NCBI RefSeq assembly: GCF_048593235.1 | Contig: NC_133620.1 | Coordinates: forward strand, 5,581,123 to 5,645,122 | DNA: 64,000 nucleotides | Direction of reading: 5' to 3' | Origin: Sminthopsis crassicaudata | Lineage: Eukaryota | Shown: in pieces, positions 37,619 through 48,337 of the stretch | Position numbering within the stretch: the first letter of the stretch is position 1 | How the letters are laid out: every line of letters begins with the position of its first letter | The notes under the pieces: model-generated | What the model saw: the letters and a program-made list of their open reading frames with translations, nothing else | Told to the model about the DNA's origin: nothing | Database searches by the model: none | Program-made: the position numbers and the translations under genes

Positions 37619-38780
37619 GAGGATGAAGCTCCCGCTGGATTACTAGGGTTTTGGCAAGGCGCTGAATAGAGCGCCATAGACAAAGTGGGGTGAATGCCTC
37701 GAGGATTCAGTGATATGCATGAATAGAGAGGGTCAAATAAAGGGCAAAAGGGAATTTGCAGTTAAATATGGAGAGGAAAACCACTTACTATATTTTGTTT
37801 TCTTCTTAACCAGAAATTTCATTCACAATTTTGCATACATGTAAAATTTAGTTGTTTTATGAAGCTAGTGTACATATTGCTAATAAAGTACTCGAATATA
37901 CAAGTACTTTATTTCTTATGTATCTACATCATCATTAGGAGATGCTGCCATTTATACTGGAGAGCAGAATTCACAAGTGAATGACATGTCGTATGCATCT
38001 TCTGGGACATTTTAAAGAGGCTATTTAAAAATAGAGAAATCAGATTTAATTCTGCTTCCATAGTAATGCTCTAGGGCTGGTACCCTGATAGAGAAATTGC
38101 CTGGTAGATAGATTTCATTACTTTGATTTTCAAAATGTGAATTTATGTCAAGCTATTTTTTCAGCTGTGGAAATCCTAGTTTACCTGAACTACTGGGTAT
38201 TTCAAAATATCAGGCTCATTTAAAATGTCATGTGTGATTTTTATCTGTGAAAGTAGTTATGTATATATGTGTATGTATGTATGTATACTTACATACATAC
38301 ATACACATATATACACAGCAAGGTCTGTACTCACAGACATGCTTATATACACATGTTGGGCTTATGAAAGTATAGACTCATCAAAGCACTGGCATAAATG
38401 ATTTATTTCAAAATGAATGTGCTCTTCAAGGCTCTTGTTGGGTCTGTTTTTCAACCATGTAGTCATTTTCATAGTGTACACAATCATGCTATATGACTCA
38501 ATTTAAGTAGTTCCCAAAAAGGAACAAATAAATAACTACTATAGTGTTACAATCAAAATACAGGGAAAAACAATGACTGCTGCTTATGATAATGTTGCTA
38601 CTATATAATGTGTGTATGCATGTAAAATGGTTTGTTTCCATATGTACAGTATTGTGTTTCTCATGTTTTTAATTTAAAGATTGTAAACTTATTTTTAACT
38701 AACTTTGCTTTTGTTACCATAGTGAGAATGATCTTTTGAAACAATGTGTTCAGTAAAAGTATGTGATCCCTGGGTCTAGA
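37619..38780 (+). other. DNAJB4: DNAJB4 3'UTR with candidate poly(A) signals (3' end uncertain)
   Basis: AU-rich sequence after the stop. AATAAA at 37736-37741 and 37882-37887, and the AGTAAA variant at 38752-38757. Confidence 0.6.
38260..38315. repeat. Perfect 26-bp inverted repeat with 4-nt loop
   Basis: TGTATATATGTGTATGTATGTATGTA (38260-38285), loop TACT, then TACATACATACATACACATATATACA (38290-38315). The arms are exact reverse complements. Confidence 0.97.
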
Positions 38781-40870
38781 TTTATTCTGCATGTCATTGT
38801 TAAAATAACTTTATCAGGCTTCAATTATGCCAAGTAATACAGAATCCTATTGCAATTTAAAAATCATAGTAATGAAATACTGCATTTCACAAATTAGATC
38901 TTCAGTAGTTTATATTTTTGTAAAAATCTAAGGCTCACAAAACAGCAATGAATTAAATTATTCCTACCTAGCATTCCATTTTTCTTCATTCATAACAGCT
39001 TCCTCCGTGGCCATGTTTCTCAGACTGAAGTTAGGAGCCTTCTCAGAGGTCACAGAAACATTTCGTGGAGATGTGGTAGCACAGTACTGTCCCCATTTGC
39101 CGCCTCTTTCTTTGATCCCTCCTTTACCTTCCCTTCTTCCTTTGTAACATCATGATTACCACATTCCAAACATCTGATCCAGTTAATTTCTTTTGTATCA
39201 ATATTATATCTAATTCTTGACATGCCTTTTAAAACTTGTATGATGGTATAGGATATAGGAACTCTTCAAAACAGATAAAATAAAATTTGGGGGGAGGAAG
39301 GAGGAGCTTCATGAAAGAAAAATAAAATTGCTGCTCAATGGTCATTGAAGTTATGTGGACTTTTAAGAGAAAAAAAGTCTCCCATGTCCATTTTTCCTCC
39401 ATGGCTTCAAATCCCAGAATCACAAATTTAGATAGTCAACTTTTACTGATAGTATTTTGACATGATAAAGTTCCTAAAGAAGATGTTTAACACGATTTAT
39501 TTATTAGTGAATGAAGCTATAGGTAAAATAGGATTTCCTCCCCCTGCCCTCCCAGTCAGAAAAGTACATCAGACTCTCCTGTGAATACTAAGGGACCATG
39601 TATACTATCACAGTTGTGAAGAAACTATTTTGTAAAGCTTCAGAAAGTCCTCAAGACAATCCATTTCTCTTGTATAGAACAGGCGAGGTACTGCCACATT
39701 TTCAATTAGGAATGGCCATAGACACTGACTTTTGGATATTATATAGCCTTTTTTGGAGACAAGGAATAGAACTTTTTAGTTTTTTTAATTGTAGCAGAGA
39801 ATTGCCTTAACTGTGGATGAAGGAAATGTAATAAGAAAATGGAACTGTTTGTCTTTAGTAAACTGGTTACAGTTACTTGTATAGATACTTGAAACCAAAG
39901 GATTATATATAATATTTCAAAATTGAGATTCCATAAAATCTAGCAGTAAAAGGCTTATCGGAGAGATATCCATTAAATCTAGTAGTAAAAAGCTCTTTTG
40001 AGATAAAAAAAACTTCAGATATAACACTATGTATGTGTTTTAAATCATGTCATTCTTTATTTGAGAAGCTTAGGTTTTATAGATTTAAATATAATTTTGA
40101 TGGTCATTGCCATTAGCTATAAATGAAAATTACAGTAAAATATCAGTTTCATTGTTGTCTAAATAACTATTTGACCTTATGGCCCATTAATATTTTATTA
40201 TAGAAGTCAATGCATGTTCATTTAAAATGGATTTTGAGATTTTATCAAAAACAATGTGTAAAACTCTGTAGTTCAAGTTGTACTGACTAGAAAATTTCTA
40301 AAATATGTGTTGCAAAACCAAAATGAGCTATTTGCTTAGAATTTGTACTTTTTGTGGGGCTGGGCTCCTAAAAGTCTTTAGTTTAGTTCCCTGAGGCTCA
40401 GTGAGATTAACACAGCATGTTGGTGTCTGAGGCTGGATTTGATCTCCGGTTTTCTTGATTCCAAATCTAGCCTACATCTTTTAAGACTTGACTGATTAAC
40501 AACAAACAAATAGTATAAAAGAATTTTACTTATTAATTTTGTGGCTTTTTAGAAATAACACTATTTGAAGCCATAAAGTTGATAAACTTAAAAGAATGTT
40601 TATTTTATGTAGTACTAACATTTTTTAGAATTCTATAATAATTTTATTCCAAGGAACACAGAGAATGTGTACAGATTTTAAATGAGATAAATCCTAAATT
40701 AAAACTAAAATCAAGAGATTGTTCATGGAACAATAATAAAACTTAATAAAATGAGAGATAACCTGATTTTTCTACCATGAATTTTCAAGGCACTGTTGAA
40801 GCTCTTCTTTTGTAAGGAGATGAGGAAAAAAAGGTCTTACTATAAATTTTGGACTTGGGCATTGTAATCT

Positions 40871-41936
40871 TTAGTGTTCTGTTGTCTCTCAATTGTAATC
40901 CTTCTCTGGTAGGAGGTTTCTGTTAATCCTTTTCTCTGTGAGCAGGTTTCTTGGGAGGCTTCGGGATACTCCAGCCAGAGCGAAGGTAGAATCTTGAATC
41001 CTCTTCTTCCTGAATCCTGGCTCCTTTTATCCTCCCAGAGAATGGGCTTGTGGGTATTGCAAAGGTGTAAACTCCTTTAAAGGTGTAAACTCCTATTATG
41101 TGATTTTCGAGAAAAGTTTGAATCTGCTCCTATAAATGACGCTCTCTGACTCAATTAAAGTGAAAGTAAAATTTAATTATACAATGCACCAAATAGAATG
41201 CTTACAATAACAACTAATACAATAAATGATACATAAAAGACAAAGAATTATGATTAAGATAGCAGAAAAAGAGAGAGAGAGAATGCATCACCAATTGGGA
41301 GGAGCACCAACACTAGATTTCAACCTGCTGGGGAGTCCCTATACAGCCTCTAGGTTCAGAATAGGAGAAAGGGTCCCAGACAGATCATCATCTTCATGGG
41401 TGAAACTCCAAATATGGAATGTTTTACCCATCTTTTATAGGGGTTGGGATGAAGAAGGCTTTGAGCCAAGTAAAGACATCATATAAGATAGTAACGTACC
41501 AACATAGGCTCCAGATGGTTATAGTCAAGTGGTGTTTTGACAAAGGGGCCAGTCCTTATCAATGGCAACTATTCCAAGAAGTGTCGAGTTCCTGGAATCA
41601 CGTATTTGGAGCTAAAACACAGGTGGTACACTCCCATCTTATAGGTTTAAAAAAAAATGGTATGTTGTTATGGGTTAAGGAATGGTCAGGTTCTCATGAA
41701 GAAAATTATATCTTAAATTAAGTGGGTTCGCATGGTTCACGTGGAGAGTCACGTCCTTACAATGATTTGAAATGAACTTACCAATAATACAGAAATTTCT
41801 TATTCAACTCCTTTCAGAAGACTAAAGGTGTAAACTCCTTTTAAAGGTGTGAACTAAAGGTGTCAATTCTGAGCTAGAGAATTGATAAGTACTATGCTAA
41901 ATTAGACAACCTAATTAGCACCTAGTAATCCTAACA
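40871..41936 (-). mobile_element. 3' LTR of the provirus (interrupted; U5 end not recognisable)
   Basis: 40871-41094 and 41807-41936 align with 46800-47136, at roughly 7% mismatch by hand count. It starts TGTTAGGATT on minus at 41936. Confidence 0.9.
41095..41806 (-). mobile_element. ~0.7-kb insertion in the 3' LTR, probable solo LTR of another family
   Basis: Absent from the 5' LTR. Flanked by (A)ACTCCT duplicates at 41088-41094 and 41806-41812. On minus it begins TGAATAAG, with TATAAAA at 41439-41433 and ATTAAA at 41177-41172. Confidence 0.75.
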
Positions 41937-41952
41937 AATCCCCCTTTCTTTT
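41937..41952 (-). other. Polypurine tract
   Basis: The minus strand reads AAAAGAAAGGGGGATT, immediately followed by the TG of the 3' LTR. Confidence 0.9.
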
Positions 41953-42319
41953 GATTTAGAACATAGGATGGTCATGACCTTGAAACAGGTATACATAAAT
42001 CCATCAATATGGGAAATATTACACATTATTACGTAAATTACATAAACATTATAACACATGCTAGAAGTGATGTAACAAATAACATGATCAAATAATCATA
42101 AATTGAGAATTTATACATGTCCATAAGTCTATTGTCCATTAGTTCATGTGCCAGGAATCCAATAATTCCTGCAAGTTTTAAAGTCCTACAATAGTCTCAT
42201 CTTGTGTTAGGAAATCCAATGATTCCAGTCTCCTTATCAGCCATGCTCTTTCAGTGTCAGATGTTTCTTAGATCTTCTCCTTTGTTTTGATGTTTTTCTC
42301 TTTTTCTGTCTCTCTCCAA

Positions 42320-42440
42320 GTGCTTGTTGCCACCCATCTGTTTCCTTCTGTCTGTTAAAATACAAGCAAACCCTGTCTCCCAGGCAGTTAACCTATCTAA
42401 TTTCCTTCTATTTATCACTTTCAAAATCTCTTCTCATCAT
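42320..42440 (-). pseudogene. Retroviral integrase C-terminal remnant
   Basis: Minus-strand frameshifted peptide ...RLTAW / GFACI... resembles the betaretroviral IN C-terminal W.GRG.AC motif. The remainder of pro/pol and env is missing. Confidence 0.65.
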
Positions 42441-42498
42441 CTGGCAATTACATTGGAGCTGTTTGTACTGGACACTTCCCTCTTGGTTTAAAAGACCT

Positions 42499-43600
42499 CT
42501 ATTCTTCCCAAGTGTAATCCATTTCTGCAATCTGATTGCCTTTTGGCTGACTGATCAAGTAATCCCTTTCTTCCATGTGATTACTTTTCAGCTGATAGAT
42601 CACATCAGAGTCCTGACCTTCTAAAGGCTCTTTGGGTGTAACCTTAGCTGCCATCATGCCCCACCTATCTTTTGATTGAATTCTTAGAGCTGGGCTCTGC
42701 CTCTCATTTCCCTGGATCAATCTACATTCCGAGGCCCAGTGGAAGCCCTTGTGACATTTTGGACATGGAGTTTTAGGTCTTCTCTCAGCCTGTCTTCTCA
42801 CTCTATCTCCATATCTACATTGAGCTCTTAGATGTCCAACTTTTCCACATTGAAAACATGGATGAGTTTCCCTAGAAGTCCCTTGCGGGGAAGGACCTTG
42901 TCTTTCCATGTTCATCATAGTCTGGGTATAAAAAGTATTTGTTCCTACTTTAGCACAGCATCTTATGATCTCTAAAGAAGCATTTTTGTCTAGTCCCCAT
43001 ATAAGTCTCTTGCAAGCCTCATTGGCATTCTCCTTAGCCAGATGTCTGGTCATTATTTCTGTAATTGCATTCTCTCCAATAGTTCTTGTGACAGCAGTTT
43101 GCAAACGTCCCACAAAATCCACAAAAGGTTCATAGGGACTTTGTTCTATTTTTGTGAAGGCTTCCCCTTGATCTTTCTGTCCGGGGAGGGAACCCCAAGC
43201 TTTTATTACAGCCTTAGAAATTTGCTCATACACTATGGGATAGTTAATCTGTTCTGAATTCTCTCCATACTGACTTTCACCAGATAATTACTCAAAAGTG
43301 AATTATGTGTTAACTCCCGTTTCCATATTGCATCTGTCTTGAATTCTACATAATTCATGAAGCTCTGAAAGCCACAACAAGTTTTGCCCAGATTCTAAAT
43401 ATGTCCTAGCTATGGATTTCCAATCATTCAGGGTTAGAATTTCATAAGGGACAAATTATCTAGTAACATTTTAACATTAGAGGATGTAGCCCCATAAATA
43501 GTGCAACCTCTTTTCAGATTCTTAATTTTATTCAAATTTAAAGGAGTATATCTTCTCTTTTTTTGACCTAACAAGTCAATCTCTTCAATTATAGGATATG
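42499..43600 (-). pseudogene. gag: ERV gag remnant (capsid and nucleocapsid only)
   Basis: YPIIEE...GCTIYGATSSNVKMLL lies upstream of a break. The open 42499-43233 frame has an MHR-like FTKIEQSPYEPFVDFVGRL and two CCHC knuckles, CFQCGKVGHLRAQC and CPKCHKGFHWASEC. No matrix region is seen. Confidence 0.92.
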
Positions 43601-44134
43601 TAAGTATAAAGCTATAGAACACAACCCCATCATATCAAATTTCCAAGGTTTGTCTAAAAACCACATTTAGAGCCCACTTTTGGTTACTTCCCTCAGAGGG
43701 ATAAATTTTTTCTCTTAAGAGGTATAAATTTATCATTACGTATCACTAGAGATAAGTGATGCTACCATGCTCAGGAAGACAAAAGTCAACCAAGCTAGAA
43801 TTAGCAAGATAATGTACCTAAGGACACATCATATTTGGTTTGAGGATCAGAAGTAACATAAAAGCTTGTTAATATAAAAAAGGGGACTAAGAAAGAGAAA
43901 ATTACTTTAAAAAATGAGGAAAATGAACCACTTTCTTCCTCAAATTTTACCTTCGGTAGGTTTAGTCAATCCAAAAAATAACCACCTAAGGGGATAGGTA
44001 AAATGAACAATTATTCATGTAAATAAAAATGGGGAAGAAAAAAATGTTCCCCTCAGCACCTCCAGTAAGATGGTGGGTAGTGGTTTGAAACTGATTCTAA
44101 GGAGATTACACAAGTGTAACCAGGCCGTCTCAAA

Positions 44135-46690
44135 AAATTCTTTAATGTACATTTATTTCTACAAAAGCAATGTATGATACAGAATTAGAAGTGAACACAT
44201 AAACAAACATTTACCTTAAAATATACAGATTCTTAATATAGAGCATGGGATATTTTAAAAAGATGACAAGGGTGGTTAATCTTTTTTTTTTTTTTACATG
44301 TTTTTTGGAACCTCACATCATTTTGATAAATAACTTTTACAAAATTATGTAAAAAGTACAAGAATGTCTGCTAAACAAAGTCTGCATTTTTTCCAAAAAG
44401 AATTTTACAACATGCAGTTCTTAAGGCAGCATTCCCCTTAAAAGGAAAGGTATCCTTTTACACATCAAGAAATCTTCTGCTGCAAATAGGCTAAGGAAGC
44501 CTGGTTTCTTCCATTAATGCCTTTTGTCTTTCCTGTCTGATTTACGATCTCTTTCACTTCTTGAAGATCTTTTGCCTGACCGACTACTTTCTGATATAGA
44601 CCTTTTTCTCTCAGACTGAGTACTCTTATCCTTTGATCCTTTTGTATCTTTGCTACTATCTTTTGAAGACTTGTAATTGTGACTTCTTTCTAGTCCTGAT
44701 GTATCCCTCCGCTTTCCATCCACACTCCTCCTGCGCTTTCTATCCCTCTTATGTCCCCGACCTCGGCTTCCACTCCTACTCTCACTGCTACTAGTGCTGC
44801 TCCTACTACTGTGTCTGCTGTTGCTTCCGCTAGTACTAGTGCTGGTACTGGAACTACTCCGACTGCTACTGCTGCCACTGCTGGAGCTGCTGCCACTACT
44901 ACTACTAGTTGAACTACTATTTGAAGTGCTACTGCTACTGCTATAACTTCTAGTTTTGTTTCTGGCTCGACCCCTGCTTCTGCTCCTAGTTTTGGTTTTG
45001 GTTTTCCTTTCCGTAGGCATTAACAAGACTGGCTCTATTTGTACCTCAGTAAGTTGGACAGGTTCTATGGCAAACCCTTTCCTCTCAGTTAGATGTTTTG
45101 CTTCCTGCATGACCTGACGTAGTGGCTCTATAAGTGTTAAAGGCAAAGTCTCAGATTGAGGCAACGACTGGGGCTGGAGCTGGAGTGAGGGCAGAGTATG
45201 AGACTGGGACTGGGACTGGGACTGGGGTTGGGGTTGAACCACAAACTCTAGTTGAGACTCAGGTTCTCTTTCTCTTGTTTCTCTTCAGATTCATTTTCAA
45301 TTTCTGGAACATTAGCATTCTCCTTCAGAGGAGAAATAGGTTTATACTCTTTGTTTGGTTGAATTTCACCTTCCAATTCTGGTCCCATTTCTTTGCTATT
45401 CTCATTTTCTGAAGGGTCTACACTTTCAACTTGATTAGTTTCCATTTCCTCTGTTTCTGTATTTACATTTTTGACACTTTCTCCCTGCTCTTTCACATCC
45501 ATAATTTCTTCAGGCTGACTATCCTGTTGTTTCTCTTTTTCCCTAATCTCATTATCCTCCTCCATTTTAGCCTCAGTTTCCTTTTTATACTCCTCCTCCT
45601 GTTCTTTCTCTGCATCACTATGAACTGCACCTACTTCTTTTTCCTCTTCCTCTCCTGCATCCTCTATTTCTACATCATTGTGCTGATTACCCATCTCCTC
45701 CATCTCTTCCTCATGCCGAGCCACCTTACCTTCTTCTTGTTCCACCTTCTGTTCTTCATTATGCACCACCTGAGGTTCTTTTTCCTTCATTGATTGTCTT
45801 CTAGGCTTAGCCTCCATTTTATTTATTTGTTCAGCAAATTCATTGTGTCTACCTTCAAACATAGCATTCATTTTTCTCTGTGACTCTTCTATCAACTTTT
45901 TGTAGCTGGGCACATTCTTCCAGGAATGTAGAACAAATGGGGCTTTGTTTTAGTTCTTATATATTTAATTACCTTAGAATTATGCTCATTCCATTCTTCT
46001 TGCAACTGAGCAAGTTCCTTTTGTTCCAAAAGTCGCAGTTCTGTCTGTTTAGCACGTCTTTCTTCAAAAAGTTCTCTCCTTTCATTTTCAACTTGTTTTC
46101 TTTCTTCTTCTGCTTGCACTTCAAGCTTTTGTTCAATTTCTTGACGCCTCTTTTGCCTTTCCATAGCTACAGTTGATTCCTGCTCAAATTTCTGAAGAGT
46201 ACCATTTACAAATCAAATATACGTTGATTCCTTTGTTTTCCCTTTTCATCCATATTTTGATCCTGAATAAGGTCTTGACGTGTGCGCTCTTTGGAGGTAG
46301 CTACAACTGAAGACTGCAATGCTGGCTTTTTGACATCATCATCCTCTGCATTGCTTTCTTGGTATGATTCTCTTCTTGTCCAACACGCTCCTCCCAGCCT
46401 ACTGACTGCCCCTTCAAGATCTCTCTGTATGGCTTGGGGTCCTCCTCCACTATCTGAGAATCCATGCCTTAGCAATAAACTACCATGACCTCTACCCCCA
46501 CCAGGGCCTGAGAGGGCCAACAATCTAGCTTGGATAGGTCTCACGTCATTAGGATCCCGGCCCGTGAGTTTTCCGATATTCTTGTCTACATTTGTTAAGC
46601 TCTCTTTGGCTTTTTCTAGCTGCTCCTGCAAAGTTCTCACTGGAACCACCATCTTCTCCACCCTCAGCTGGTGCTGAGGCAGCTCTCAAG
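44135..46690 (-). pseudogene. PNN: Intronless pinin retrocopy (CDS 46652-44514, plus short 5'UTR and 3'UTR)
   Basis: Four ORF pieces reconstruct nearly all of pinin, from [18 protein letters not shown] to SERDRKSDRKDKRH*, with no introns. Lesions are a stop at 46208-46206, frameshifts at ~46201, ~45900 and ~45267, and a one-codon loss near 46018. A PNN-like 3'UTR follows, with AATAAA at 44157-44152. Confidence 0.96.
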
Positions 46691-46704
46691 GCAGATCGTC
46701 CTGC

Positions 46705-46723
46705 GTCGCCTGTTTGGGCGCCA
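46705..46723 (-). other. Primer-binding site, tRNA-Lys3 type
   Basis: Minus strand TGGCGCCCAAACAGGCGAC versus canonical Lys3 PBS TGGCGCCCGAACAGGGAC. It lies 3 nt after the LTR-terminal CA. Confidence 0.9.
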
Positions 46724-46726
46724 AAA

Positions 46727-47136
46727 TGTTATGTCAAGTCCAGACTAGTTCCTCTGAAGGGCTCAGAACAAGTCCTTGCCCTCGTGGGGTGCCAAATTGT
46801 AGTGTCCTGTTGTCTTTCGATTGTAATCCTTCTCTGGCAGGAGGTTTTTTTTCTGTTAATTCTTTTCTCTGTGAGCAGGTTTCTTGGGAGGCTTCTGGAG
46901 CCTCCAGCCAGAGCAAAGGTAGAATCTCCAATTCTCTTCTTCCTGAATCCTGGCTCCTTTTATCCTCCTAGAGAATGGGCTTGTGGGTATTCCAAAGGTG
47001 TTAACTCCTCCTTTCAGAAGACTAAAGGTGTAAACTCCTTTTAAAGGTGAGAACTAAAGGTGTCAATTCTGAGCTAGAGAATTGTTAAGTACTATGCTAA
47101 ATTGGACAACGGAGTTAGCACCTAATAATCCTAACA
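46727..47136 (-). mobile_element. 5' LTR (410 bp)
   Basis: TG...CA termini on minus (TGTTAGG...TAACA). TATA-like GATAAAA at 46964-46958. Internal 'aaaggtgtaaactcct' repeats. The PBS is directly downstream. Confidence 0.92.
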
Positions 47137-47139
47137 GTA

Positions 47140-47290
47140 ATACAGTGGCAAAAAGCCAGATTTTGTGTCAGACACTCACTAGCTGTGTATGGCTAGCCTT
47201 TTAGCTAGCCTCAGTTGCCTCAGCTGTAAAATGACCTATTATTTGGGGTTGGTTGTAAGGGAAGAGCTGTGTAAATGAATATTCTGCCTA
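47140..47290 (+). mobile_element. MIR fragment
   Basis: 'cagacactcactagctgtgt...gcctcagttgcctcagctgtaaaatg' matches the MIR core. Confidence 0.7.
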
Positions 47291-48298
47291 AATATATGGT
47301 GTTAATTGTTAATTGATGATGATAATGATGACATTTGTTAAGCAGCAATATCCTTATAAAGCCAGACAATATTGTTTTTAGAAAACTATTATTCAAAATT
47401 TGAGGATTTCAGAGTGGATCTCATAGGGATAAATTAGCTTCCCCTCCCCCTTGTAAATATGATACTCTTTTAGGTATTTAGCATAGTAGGTTTGTGTCTA
47501 TTACTTTTAATTTGTGCAATTTTAGAAGATTTTTTTTACCTACATTGCAGAGACAAGTCAATCTCATAAAGAACTGTAAAAGAAATGTCTAGGAGGCAGA
47601 GTCAAGACGATGGAGTGAGAGTCTACCTTTTTGCCTAACTCACCAACACAGCTTCTCCACAACGATCTATAAATGTGCCAGAGCCAAGAAAAAGGCCACA
47701 ATAAACAGCTTAGGAAGACAGAGAGGTCTGCAGACACTGGGGGTGGGGGTGGGGCCCAGCCAGAAGCACAGTGTTGATGTCTGCAGCAGTGGGGACAATT
47801 CCAAGGTAAGGAGGTTAAGAATGAGATCCTGGAGGAATCCCTGATCAGTGCTGGGAACCAGAACAGATGCCAACTGCCAGCTCTGTTACTATTATCCATT
47901 CCTTGGTTCACTGTTCCAGGGCCAAGAGGACTGATCCTGAGCATGAAGCTCCATCTTTCTGACTCTGAATGGAAAGGATTCAGTTCTAACCTTAAGCTCT
48001 GGGAATAAGTCTGTATTGGAATAACCAGAGCAGAAAACCAAGACCAAAGTGAGGAAGAGTCAAAACAAATCAGTCCCTGTGAACCTACAGAACCTCCCAG
48101 TAAGCCAATAGTGACTTGAGTCCAACATTAGTCTATGAAAACTTGATCTTGCAGATGCCAACAGATCCAAATATGGGTCAGAAACTTTGGAGAGTTTATA
48201 TACCTGGAAGGCAGTGAGCAGACCTCTCCCTGATTTGGAAGGGAGATGAAGCAATGAAACTTTGGAAGCAATGAAACCTTGCCCCCCAGACTGAGCTG

Positions 48299-48337
<39 letters not shown>

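Larger units (their letters stand above)
40871..47136 (-). mobile_element. Defective ERV2/betaretrovirus-like provirus carrying a PNN cDNA
   Basis: Paired LTRs, a Lys3-type PBS, gag CA/NC, an integrase C-terminal stub and a PPT all lie on the minus strand in retroviral order. Confidence 0.9.

Noticed and set aside
44514-45242. 242-aa Ser/Arg-rich ORF as a stand-alone gene
   Set aside because: It is the last frameshift-bounded piece of the PNN retrocopy and starts at GTG within former coding sequence.
45134-46488. Hydrophobic plus-strand ORFs resembling membrane proteins
   Set aside because: They are antisense shadows of the Glu/Lys-rich PNN codons.
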